In this document: positions 1 through 13,360 of the stretch, in pieces
Layout: each line of letters starts with the position of its first letter
Position numbering within the stretch: the stretch's first letter is position 1
Assembly (NCBI RefSeq): GCF_009914755.1
Contig: NC_060938.1
DNA length: 64,000 nucleotides
Reading direction: 5' to 3' (one strand)
Origin: the human T2T-CHM13v2.0 reference genome, Homo sapiens
Notes under the pieces: generated by a model
What the model was told of the DNA's origin: nothing
Seen by the model: only the letters and a program-made list of their open reading frames with translations
Database searches by the model: none
Position numbers and translations under genes: made by a program

Positions 1-439
1 ATGAGAACAAAAGAATTTTACGAGATATGAGCAAAATTCTCCAGGACCAAAGGTACTGGCTAGTGTGTCAAAGAGGCCCTGTCAGAGCCGACTGGAACAC
101 CAAACAAGTCCCACAGCTGGAACCCAACTCGGAAAATCCTGATCTTAAACATCAGTGCGGAGACTCAAAATCTGCTATTATCATCTTTATTCTGAACTCT
201 TGCTGTATAAAGAAACACCAATGCAGACACAAAGCGCTGTAATGTTAGAAAGATTTAACGTGCTCTCACATGTAGGGAAAAGACCAGTAACTGAGAGGCC
301 GCCACACTGCCTATGGGACTGTAGGCTAAGCCCATGTCTTGGTGTCTTTCAACCTAAAAAACCTAAAATGTGGTGACAGGGTCACAGTGAAGCTCTAATA
401 CAATGATGTATGTGACACTGCTTTGAAAAGTATCAAGTA

Positions 440-728
440 GGCTGGGCGCGATGGCTCACGCCTATAATCCCAGCACTTTGGGAGGCAGAGGTGGGCGGAT
501 CATGTGGTCAGGAGATCGAGACTATCCTGGCCAACATGGTGAAACCCCGTCTCTACTATAAATACAAAAATTAGCTGGGCATGGTGGCGCATGCCTGTAA
601 TCTCAGCTACTCGGGAGGCTGAGGCAGGAGAATGGCTTGAAACAGGGAGTCAGAGGTTGCAGTGAGCTGAGATTGCACCACTGCACTCCAGCCTGGCGAC
701 AGAGCAAGACTGTCTCAAAAAAAAAAAG
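440..728 (+). mobile_element. Alu (AluS), full length
   Basis: Dimeric Alu, A-tail, TSD aaaagtatcaagta. Confidence 0.95.
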
Positions 729-885
729 TATCAAGTACTGTGAAAATAAAAGCAAAAGTATTTCTGTTGAGTTGCAAAACAAATGAGCTGTTTAACTGAA
801 TTTTACTCAAATTGAGTCATCCATCATTTTTTAAAGGAATATTAAGGACCCAGCTGAAGGCTGGAATAAAAAGCACACTGTCTTA

Positions 886-1290
<405 letters not shown>

Positions 1291-1725
1291 TCAGAGAGTT
1301 TAAGGTGTACAGATATGATAGGAAACAAAGTAGAAATGGTAGCTTCAAAGCAGGTCACTTCATGGGAACTAAATGCAATCCAAAGCTAATAAATTTCCAT
1401 TCCCAAAAGGCAAACAAGAAAACCAGTGGTCCTTCTGGTTTTACTCATTGTAGACTTGTGACCACACTGCATGTAAATGACACATTTTACCTATGGAAGT
1501 GGCAAGGAATGTGGGAAACATGCCGTGCGCGGGAAGAGGGACAGGCGCAGCCCCGTCAGAATGCACAGTGCACGCGTCACGGCAGCTCCGCTTCTGGAAA
1601 CTCACACTAAAAAAGCAGTTACTAAGAGGAAACACAACATGCTCAGGACTGCACTGTATTTTGACCAAGAAAACTGCAAATTACCTACATGCCCATCAAA
1701 AAAGAGACTCGTTAAAAAAGATACC

Positions 1726-2015
<290 letters not shown>

Positions 2016-2715
2016 GATGGGGCACAAAGAAAAAGGAACATGTCTGTGTGCTGCTATAGAAAGACACCACAGATACAATGACAAAAAACTGTTGATATGT
2101 AACATGATGCCACGTATCTAAACACACACATGCGCACGCACACACACGAGCTGAGGTCTGCCGAGGCCACACACCCTCATGGTAGAGTGGGCTGAGAGCT
2201 GAGCCACCACCTCTGTCATCTACAGAAAGGAAGAACAATGTCACCTGCTTCACGGAGTGCCTGACCCAAGAGCCCACAGGTGGTCGGCACTCAGTGACTG
2301 CTGGCAGGCTCTTAGTAATAACGAAGTCCCAGTTGTTACTTTAACAGAATTTGTCACTAAGAAGTGGATGAGACAATTTTCATTATCTACAATATGCATT
2401 TTTGCATTGTCTGAAGTTTTTATAGGGGGTATATATTAATTTACAAATAAAAATATGCTTCTACTTTGGGAAAAACGTTTTTTAAAACTGTAACTTTTGC
2501 TTTGCTTTGGAGTTAAATGGAAAACCAGTTCCCGCTTCAGTGTTAATCTGCTCCCTGTGAGAGCGAACTGTGGGAGGCCCTGGCTGGAGGACAGGCCAGC
2601 ACTCAATCAGGATCATTCTGGGATCTGTCATGTGCACAGGAGACAGCGGGGAGGGAAATGCTATGAGCACGCTGGTAGAGAGGGTGAAATCGGCATTAGG
2701 AAGACACATGACTGA

Positions 2716-3113
2716 CTGGGTGCGATGGCTCACGCCTGTAATCCCAGCACTTTGGGAGGCCAAGGTGGGTGGATTGCCTGAAGTCAGGAGTTTGAGACCA
2801 GCTTTGCTAACATGGTGAAACCCTGTCTCTACTACTAATACAAAAAAATTAGCCAGGTGTTGTGGCAGGCACCTATAATCCCAGCTACTCAGGAAACTGA
2901 GGCAGGAGAATCGCTTGAACCTGGGAGGCATAGCTGAGATTGCACCATTGCACTCCAGCCTGGGCGACAAGAGCGAAACTCCGTCTCAAAAAAAAAGATA
3001 AAAAGACAGGCAGGAGAATCGCTTGAACTCGGGAGGCAGAGGTTGCAGTGAGCCGAGACTGCGCCACTGTACTCCAGCCTGGGCGACAGAGTGAGACTCC
3101 ATCTCAAAAAAGA
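2716..3113 (+). mobile_element. Alu (AluS) plus an extra 3' part of a right arm
   Basis: Alu followed by a second ggcaggagaatcgcttgaa...tail; one TSD aagacacatgact (2701-2713, 3114-3126). Confidence 0.9.
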
Positions 3114-3716
3114 AAGACACATGACTAAGGAAAATTTTTAAAAAGAAATAAAAAATATCAGACAGAAGAGAAAATGATAAAAAGGAAAACAAAGGAGGTG
3201 GAGAGAGGTGACATGGAAGTGAGAAAGTGAACAGTTCGGAAAGGGAAGGAGGAAAAGAGGAAACAGGATGGGGAGGATGAAGGGCTCCACCATCTGGAGA
3301 CACATGATCATTTACAGGGACTGATTTCTGGGGAACAGACTTGAGAATCAAAGTTGGCACCTAACCAGTGAATCTAGAGCCACAGGTCAAAGGGCCCACC
3401 TGGACCTCCCCACTGGCTACCCCCGGGCGCCTCACTCCATGCGCCTGTGCAGACGACGCGTCTGTCTACAGAAACCTGCCTTCCCTCCAGGAAGCCAGCT
3501 TGGAGCAGGCCAGCGTCCTTCCCCTGAGAGTGGGGGTGGGGGTCACCCTCAGAACCTCCTTCCCCTTCCTCTGGCGCCCACATCTCCTGGTGCCGACCCC
3601 GCCTCTGGATGCCCTCTCCAATGTCTACTCCAATCTGCCTGTCCCCAGTTTGGTCCAAACCCTGTCACCTCTTCCTCAACTACTCGCGTTGCTTCCTAAC
3701 GGATCTTCCTGCACTA

Positions 3717-4043
<327 letters not shown>

Positions 4044-4134
4044 CTACTTTCTCTAAAATATAGCGGAGGCAGAAAATGAAATAATCATAGAATAAAACTG
4101 ATGAATGATCGTGTTTTTTAAACCCAGTAATTCA

Positions 4135-4260
4135 AGCTGAGTATAGTGCCTCGAGCCTGTAGCCTCAGCTACTTGGGAGGCTGAGGCCGGAGAACCGCTT
4201 GAGCCCAGGAGCTCAAGGCCAACACGGGCAACATGGTCCCCAACCCTGTCTCTAACGAAA
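4135..4260 (+). mobile_element. FLAM/Alu monomer
   Basis: Diverged left-arm-like sequence. Confidence 0.7.
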
Positions 4261-4454
4261 CAAAACGGAATTTAAAAACCTCAATAATGCAAAATTCAAT
4301 GCAAATAAATATCCTTTTGAAGCACTAAACATTATGCGGCTCCCAGAATGCATGAAACTCTTGTACACATGGTCTGTCAATACCCAAATACCAGCCACAG
4401 CCCCAAACAGTGCCTCTCCAATCCCCCAGGGTTGGCATTTCCCACTCTCTGTCA

Positions 4455-4640
4455 CTGCTCCCAGTGTGATGCAGGGGCCACATGTGCACAGGCCAGCCTT
4501 TCTGATTTTCATGTGCAGCACGCAGGGAGTCTTGTGTAGGGTCTGTTTTTAGAATAAAGACTCCAGTGGGGCACAAGAGGCTGCATTTCTAATAAGCTTC
4601 TGGGGGTACTAAGGCTGCTCACCTGCAGCCGACCCTGTGG
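4455..4640. mobile_element. MER5-like hAT-Charlie fragment
   Basis: ctgcatttctaataagctt...gctgct...gaccctg resembles the MER5A end. Confidence 0.5.
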
Positions 4641-5200
4641 TCTTCCTCATGGGAACATGCAGAAGTTGGTCCAGGCATTAGCCGGGTGCTCAGGCATTCC
4701 CTGGACAGCGCACCAGGAGGCTAAGACCGCTCCTACCCCCGCAAGGGAGAAAACAGCTCCCCTGCTATCTACATCAGCAGGCAGGTGCCAGAGTACAGTG
4801 ACACCTCTGCAGAAAGCTGCGAGGGCACGGGCCACCTCAGAGCAAGCGGGAGGAGCCTGGTGAAGCTGAGAAATCATCCAAGCAGAGAGAACGATGGAGA
4901 GTATAGGGCCATCCTGACGGGCTGAGTCTCTAAGACTGAGGCTCAGGCAGGAACTGGAGACAACAACCACAGGCCTGTCTGGGGAAGGCCAGGCTCTCCC
5001 GAGGGTCCCCTCTGGGAAGAGAGACACAGGGTCCAAGCAGCACCCCAGAGCCAGTGGTGTGAGAACTGCTCAGGCTGAATGGATCAGCAGAGAACTCCAC
5101 CTCTATCACTTCCCTGCACGAGTGCGTGGCCAGCCCACAGGAGCTCCTACAGACAGCGGGACCACTGGGGTGTTGGGCGGTGACTCCACGATGAACAACT

Positions 5201-5708
5201 ACTGTGACGGGGTGGAGTGGAGGTGAGGAGGGTAACCCATGCTCTGGTTAAACCATGACGGGGTGGTGTGGAGGTGAGGAGGGTAACCCATGCTCTGGTT
5301 ATACCATGACGGGGTGGTGTGGAGGTGAGGAGGGTAACCCATGTTCTGGTTATACCGTGACAGGGTGGTGTGGAGGTCAGGAGGGTAACCCATGCTCTGG
5401 TTATACTGTGACAGGGTGGTGTGGAGGTGTGGAGGGTAACCCATGCTCTGGTTAAACCATGACGGGGTGGTGTGGAGGTGAGGAGGGTAACCCATGTTCT
5501 GGTTATACCATGACGGGGTGGTATGGAGGTGAGGAGGGTAACCCATGTTCTGGTTATACCGTGACAGGGTGGTGTGGAGGTGAGGAGGGTAACCCATGCT
5601 CTGGTTATACCGTGACAGGGTGGTGTGGAGGTCAGGAGGGTAACCCATGCTCTGGTTATACTGTGACAGGGTGGTGTGGAGGTGTGGAGGGTAACCCATG
5701 TTCTGGTT
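5201..5708. repeat. VNTR, 51-bp unit x ~10, intron 6
   Basis: Unit gacRgggtggtgtggaggtgaggagggtaacccatgYtctggttaWaccRt starts at 5206, 5257, 5308 ... 5665. Confidence 0.97.
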
Positions 5709-6502
5709 CAGACCTGTTCTAGTCACTGGAAGACTGGAGTGGAGGACAGCACCCGCCTACCAATTAATCAATATGTGGTCAAGACTATTAAAAACAAGAG
5801 ACTGGCTTTGTGGAATGAAAATGAGCAAACTGCTTTATTTCTTATAAAACGCTGTCAACTGAAGCCAGTCACATGGGTGCTTCCACTACTGCTTGAAAAT
5901 CCGCCAGTAGGCAAGAAAGGGATTGCTCTCTCGGAAAACTATTTGATGTTAGACCTTATGATAAGTGTAGGTTTCAAAAAAGAAAAGACTCCAAACATGT
6001 AAGAACAAAACTGCAACAGTGGCCACAGACGCAGTGAAAGCAGTTTGCTGCAAGCAGCTGCCAACAGGGTGTGAGCAGAGCTGGGACTGCCCCCATCAGG
6101 CTACTCGGCCATGACGCTGGTCTGACTGCGGGGTGGAGACCACAGGGCCTGTGGCCTGAGCCTGGGTCTCCTGGTGATAGCCGATCCGGGGGCAACCTCC
6201 TGTTCTTTCCCTGCTGGCGGGAGTGTCAGCTGGCCCCGTAACACTGAGCACCTAGGACTCTATTTCTAGGTCTACAACACCCATAGAGAGGAAACCCCTA
6301 GCAGGAAGTTACCTGCCCCAACACAAGTGAGAAAGTACAGTTACATGGTTAATGCCTGCCCACCCGACCAGCCTGGACAGGGCCCTTTAAGGAAGAAGCA
6401 GGGAGCGCCCTCGATCTGCTACAGGGCTGGCATGCTTTTAGCCACCTTGGGATTGAGGAAACCTGACAACTCCCATTCTGGAAGGCACACATATTACTTT
6501 TG

Positions 6503-6547
6503 TAAACATAAAAAGCAATAAAGATGCTTTCCAACTTAATTTTTATT
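6503..6547 (-). terminator. Candidate intronic polyadenylation site in intron 6
   Basis: Minus strand AATAAA (6547-6542), CA ~17 nt downstream, then U/GU-rich UCUUUAUUGCUUUUUAUGUUU; sequence prediction only. Confidence 0.45.
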
Positions 6548-6665
6548 TGGGAAACAAAACTCCCCAAACAGAAAATTTCAACTATCTCCAAAATGGATTC
6601 ATTTTCTGAATTAATATACTTGGTTTCTTAATTGTACCTCAAATTGAAAACTTCCCTTCTGACTA

Positions 6666-6875
<210 letters not shown>

Positions 6876-8012
6876 CTAGTGGTGATCAGATGAATAAATG
6901 CTAATATCCTCTTGTGAACAGCTGTCACCATCCAGTACAAATGCCTCTGTGTGACATTCAGCTGGCATGGTGGCAGCCGAAGTCGTATCACTGCCCCTCG
7001 TTTAGTCCCCAGTTACCCTGGCGAGGCCCTGTGACGATTCCTACTCGTCTGCCCACCCAGCTAACGAGCCCCTCCTGAGCATCTCCTTGGTGCCAGGCAC
7101 TGCTCTCCAGCCCACCCACCTATGCACGTGACAACGCTGCCCCTGCCTTCATGAAGCCTGCACACGAGCTGAGGTCTTGCAAACACAAATAGGCACTGCT
7201 GTCTCAGGCAGGCTCACACGGTGCAAGCTCTGTGCTGAGTACCACGGAAAACAGGAATGGGACAAAGGGACAGAGGGACACGTGTGGAGGAAGCTGGCTG
7301 GGGGCTGCCACACAAAGAGACGGCAGTGGCCAGACGAGGTCCAGGAGGCAGGTGGCGATCTGGGGGAAGACTGCTGCAAACCGCCCCATACCCCCAAAAC
7401 TGCACTTTATAGATGAAGACATGGAAGCTGAGCCAACTGCCCACAGTTACAGAGCAGCACGTGCTGGAGCAGGAACATAAACACAGGTCTGTCCCACTAA
7501 CGCCTGTTTCTAAACTACTTTCTGTGCGCTCTCAAACACATGTGCGGGTGCAGGGCACCTCAGAGCATGAATGCTTTTTTCTGGCACAATAAGCTTACAT
7601 GACTCAACAGTATGAATGCAAACAAACTTTAAAAACAAAGACAGACATTCAGCAAAAGACAAGTACAAGCATGTTCCCAGCGGCACCACTTCTAACAGCC
7701 AAAAGGCAGAAACAATCTAAATCTCTGCCTCCAAGAGAATGGGTGAGTAAGCTGGGCTATACTCGTGTGATAGACACCACACCCCAATGAAAACAGACGG
7801 GTACCAACTCCCCCAGCCACATGAATCAATCTCACACAAACATGGGCAGATGATAATTCTTACCTCAAAACCAGAAACAAAACACAAAACCAGAAACAAA
7901 AACACAAGGCAAAAGAAACTCTAGCATGTAACACTCCAAACTAAAATAAAATATCCTCAAATAAACATTCAGGAATACGAAAAAGAAAACAAAACAAAAT
8001 CCCACAAACACA

Positions 8013-8015
<3 letters not shown>

Positions 8016-8055
<40 letters not shown>
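8016..8055. repeat. (CA)n microsatellite, ~20 units
   Basis: Pure CA run directly 5' of an Alu monomer. Confidence 0.95.
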
Positions 8056-8057
<2 letters not shown>

Positions 8058-9983
8058 CCAGGTGCAGTGGCTCACAAACTATAATCTCAGCACTTTGGGA
8101 GGCTGAGGCAAGAGAATTGCTTGAACCTTGGGAGGCAGAGGCTGTAGTGAGCTGTGATTGCGCCACTGCACTCCAGCCTGGGCGACAGAGCAAGACCCTG
8201 TCTCAAAACACAAAAACACACGTACACACACAAACACACACGCACGCACTAGACAAAAGCATGCAGAAAAGAAGAGCTGATTTAACTCAGGGAAGAAATA
8301 GAAGAAACAGATAAAATCTTATCAGAAATGAAATTATAAGAGGACCAAACAAGAACAAATTGAAACAAAAATCTAATGAAAAATTGAAGAAAGGGAAGAA
8401 AAGATCTAGAAGAATAAAATGAGGTAAAGAAACAAGGAAACGCAGTCAGATAGGAAGCAGCCAGAGGCTAAAGTGGGAGACAGGCAAAGAAGGCCCAACA
8501 GATGCATAACTGGAGTCCCTGAAAGAAATCAAAACAAAACATGACTAACATTTGACTACAATCCAACAGAACTTTCCAGAAATTAAAAAAAAAAAAAAAA
8601 ATACCTGAATCTAGAATGAGAGGGCCCATAAGATTAAAAAAAAGAAAATATCAATGTCCTCTTTTTTGAAGCCAGCCAAGTTGATATTGATGCTCATATG
8701 AAAAGAAAAGCCAGAAAAACCCTGAAGAGTGAGCTGTGATGAGGATCAGGCCCAGATGATTTCAAAACACACTACACAGCCTCCCTAATTAAAGCAGTGT
8801 GGTGCTAGTGTGTGCAGAGGCAGAGAGAAAATGGAATAGAGTAGAATGTCTAGAAACAAACCAACTACATAAAGAAATCAAGTACAGGACAAAGATAATA
8901 CGAATCACTGGGGTAAAGATAGACTTAAATAAATTGGTGTTGTGACAACTGGAGAGCCATTTAAAGATAAAATTAGAACTCTTCCTTGTGCCGTATATAA
9001 GAATAAACCTGAAATGGACCCAAGATCCACATGGAACAGATGAACCTATATGAATGAAAAAGTAAAAATACTAAAAAACAAAACAAAACAACCCCCCCTT
9101 CCAAAAAAAAAAAAAAAACAAACAAACCAACACGTGGGTTTTCTTTTTCTGGGAGTAAGGATTTCTCATTCGATTATGTACAAAAATGTTTAAAAATCTG
9201 TGTGGCAAAAAACCACAATGAACCACATCAAAAAACAAATGGCAAATTGGGGAAAAATATTTGTAATATATATTACAGATAAAAGGCAAATACTTCTTTA
9301 AGAATTGGGGGAAAAAAGCCAGAAATCCATAATAAAAGGGTAAAACCAATGAAAAAACTCACATACACACACACAAAAATACAAACATGATGGTCAACAT
9401 CACGAGAAAGGTGAAAAAGAAAACTACAATTGTGTACCACCTGTCACCCATCAGAGGGCAAAAATACAAAAGTCTGAAAATGCACGGTTGGCAAAGCTGC
9501 AAGGAAACAGGCACTTTCATCCACTGCTGGTGGGAATACAAATTGGTAATGTCTATGGAGGGAAACTTACAACATCAAATAAACCTACGTATGTAATTTA
9601 TTTCTCTCTTGATCCAGCAACCCCACTTGTAGAGATTTACCCTGAAGGCACACAACCAAAACAAAAACCACCTTGCACAAGGGTATTTATTTCTACATTT
9701 ATAATTGCAAAATATTGGAAACTATCTAAATGTCCACTCTTAGGAGACTACTTGAATAAACTATGGTAGTTACCTATGGTAGTTCGCAGTATTATGCAAA
9801 CATAAAAAAGAATGAAGAGCAGGCCGGGTGCGATGGCTCACGCCTGTAATCCCAACACTTTGGGAGGCTGAGGTGGAAGGATCGCCTGAGGTTGGGAGTT
9901 TGAGACCAGCCTCACCAACATGGAGTACCCTGTCTTTATTAAAAATACAAAATTAGCTGGGAGTGGTGGCGGGCGGCTACTCA

Positions 9984-10088
<105 letters not shown>

Positions 10089-12132
10089 TCAAAAAAAAAA
10101 AGAAAAAAAAAAGAATGAAGAGCTCCATGAATTGATATGGAATGATTTACAGGATACATCACTAAAGTTTTTAAAGGTATCACCTTTTGCTTAACAAAGG
10201 ATAAACAAGAAAACGCCTGCATGGACGATAGCAGAAGACAGCAGACTGGCTACGGATCCTGGGTTGCCAGCGGAGGTGGGCAGGATAAAGAAGGGGCGAC
10301 GCTTCTGAGTACAACTTCATGCAGTTTTGGAAGCACGCTAACGTCCTACGTACTCAAAGAATAAAACTCAATCAACAAAGGCGGAAGGGAAGTCTAAAAT
10401 GGAAAACTGATTCAAACCAATGAATCCAACTGTATTTCAAATAAATAACAACACTGAAGGGGGAGATGGGGTTAAAACAAAACAAAACAAAACAAAACAA
10501 ATCCAAGTGACTTATGAACACAGAACTTGAATTACTGCAGGTGAGGGGTGCAGTCCCAATGAGATGGGGGAGAACCGCAAACAAACCCGGAATGCCTGCG
10601 GGCAGGTTTGCTTCTGTGGTGTCCTGGGCAGAGCAATTCTAAAGCTTTTTTAGACACATCTCAGGACTGAGTGAGTGCACGTACTAACGGTGCTGGGAGT
10701 CACAGTTTCAGTAGGAGGAAGACAAAAGTCTGGAAAGGGAGGAAGTCAGGAAGTTAACTCATGATTCCTGAGTATGCACAGGTAGACGTGTGTGTCCATG
10801 AGTGTGTCTATACCTCTGTTACTACCTCTGTGCACTGAGGGGCCTAGAAGCAGGCAACCCCATAGTAATGCGCATGCCCAGCACCCAGAACTTGGTCTTC
10901 AAAGCCGCTCCCCACTAAAGGGCCTTGAGCTCTTCTGAGAAACAACGGAGTGGGGACAGAGAAGGTATAGGATGAGCCAGAAACTAAGGGCATCCTCAAA
11001 AAGTGAAGAGGCACAGCGCAAACACAGGAGTCGGCTAGAATGCCAAATATGGGCCAATTTCAGCACAAAAATAACTAAGATAGTGAATTAAAAACCACTG
11101 GGAGAAAGAAGGATCCATGTAGCCACACTGATCACAAACAGACCAATACACAGGGAGAAAGGGGTTGCTTCCTTAGAGGAGAAAGCCGGATGACGACTGG
11201 TCAGCATGGTGGGTCTGGAGTTTGTGAGTCAATCTGCAACCATGCAAAGACTGGTCTAGGCAAAATTCATTAATGGGTACTAAATCTCTGGAGGAAATTT
11301 TAAAGAGGAAGAGGATATTTGCATGGTCTTAAAAGTATCTCCCCACAGGGAAAAAACTATATAGCAGAAAAATCTAACAAAATCTTAACTGCGTGATGGG
11401 TTTATCACCACCAAGGGGCTGATGGATATTGTACACCTGTGGAAATGACACCCTGAGAAGGACACAATATAGCTATACACACACATTCCAAGAGGAAGGA
11501 ACACATCATCTCAATCTATCAGAAGGAAACATCAGACCAAACCAAAGAAGTCTTCTACTGAAAAAGCAAGGGACACTGTATTCGCCAAACACATCAATGT
11601 TCTTCCAACATGCCAATGTCACAACAAAGGAAGGATGAGGAACTATTCTAGATTAAAAGAGATTAAAGAAGACATGACAATAAATGCAACATGTGATCCT
11701 GGACTGGATTCTGTACTGGAGGGAAGAAAATACTGTAAGAGATGCTCCTGGGTCAACTGCTAAAATCTGAGTAAAGAGGGTATGATTAAGCATGAGTAGT
11801 GTAAGTAAGAATTTTGGGGTAAATGCTCTTGGTACATGCAGCTTATTCTTAGATGGGTGAGGAAAAATCTGTACGTGTGTGTACACATGTGGAGAGGGAG
11901 GGGGATGTATATAATAGGAGCCAAAATATTAACAATACGTGAATCTGATTAAAAGTATATGGGTGCTTTTTGTACCGTTCTTGCAACCCTTGTATAAGAC
12001 TGAAATTTTTTAAGTTTGAAATTATTTGAAACATTATTTAAAAAGAAAACTTTTAAAAGAATGCACATGTAATATGATTCCATATATATAGTATTTTAAA
12101 ACAGGCAAAGCTGATTTATGCTTTCAGAGCCT

Positions 12133-12333
12133 CACTGTCTAACATGGTAGCCCCTAGCCACAGAGGGCTATTCAAACTCAAATTAATGTAAATTACATAA
12201 AATGAAGAATTTGGTTCTTTTGTTGCACCAGCCACGTTTTGAGTGCTCATGAGCCACATGTGGCTGGGGCTACCGTATTGAGCAGTGCACATCTAGAACA
12301 TTCTGTCACTGTGGAAAGTTCTGCATAGCACTG
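12133..12333 (-). mobile_element. MER3 (hAT-Charlie) DNA transposon
   Basis: agccacatgtggct palindrome, ggctaccgtattg and ggaaagttctg termini. Confidence 0.75.
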
Positions 12334-12964
12334 TGGGGGGGATGAGGGGTGGTGACCCCTGGGGAGGGAGTGATGGGGGAGCCCCAAGGGGGCTTATCTG
12401 GGTGCTGCTGTGAGCGTGCAGTTTTGAACAATCCACTGAGTTGCACCCCTCGGTTTGGGAGCTTTACTGAATACCTGTGACATATCTCAGTAAGATTTAC
12501 ATAAAGAAGTCAACTGAAATGGACTTTAAAGTTACAAAAAGCCCTCCTATCCCAACTACAGATAACAGTGATTTAAAGGATGTTTTTGCTGGGACCCAGA
12601 AATAAAACAGCCACCAGTTATAAATGGCAGACACAGTACCTGCCATGCATAAATTGTCACAATTGACCCTCAGGCCAGCCAGTGTGGTGGGGTAGAGACG
12701 GTGCTCCTCTCGTTACGGAAGAGGCAGCTGAGGAGCAGTGACTGCTGCCGCCTCCCAGCCTGCGCTGACAGCACAGTGACATCACGAATGCCAGCACCTG
12801 TGCTCACGTCACACGCTGCAATAACCTAAGAATCCACTCACCGCCTCACCAACTGTTTCAGCACATCAGAATTCAAAAACAATTTTTGTCTCACATTACT
12901 TTAGCAGCTTTGACACAAAATCTTTAAGTCTGAAAGAAAAAAATCAAAAGGAAAACATCTGCTG

Positions 12965-13075
12965 AATATACATATATTCAAAAATATATATATTCAAAAA
13001 ATATATATTAAAAATATATATATTCAAAAATATATATTAAAAATATATATTTTATTTATTTATTTATTTATTTTT
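12965..13075. repeat. AT-rich minisatellite (tatatatt(c)aaaaa)n plus (ttta)n at an Alu tail
   Basis: Seen directly. Confidence 0.9.
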
Positions 13076-13360
13076 GAGACAGAGTCTCACTCTGTCACCC
13101 AGGCTGGAGTGCAGTGACACAATCTCAGCTCACTGCAACCTCTTGACTCCCTGGGTTCAAGCGATTCTCATACCTCAGCCTCCCAAGTAGCCGGGATTAC
13201 AGGCGTGCACTACCACGCCCAGCTAGTTTTTTGTATTTTTAGTAGAGACAGGGTTTTGCCATGTTGGCCAGGCTGGTCTTGAACTTGTGAGCTCAAGCAA
13301 TCCACACACCTCGGCCTCCCAAAGTGTTGGGATTACAGGCGTGAGCCACTGCACCTGGCC
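13050..13360 (-). mobile_element. Alu (AluS/J)
   Basis: Reverse Alu; TSD catctgctgaatata (12956-12970, 13361-13375). Confidence 0.93.

Noticed and set aside
5201-5708. Regular repeat arrays (also 19092-19517) as CRISPR-like
   Set aside because: No unique spacers and a eukaryotic intron context; these are simple VNTRs.
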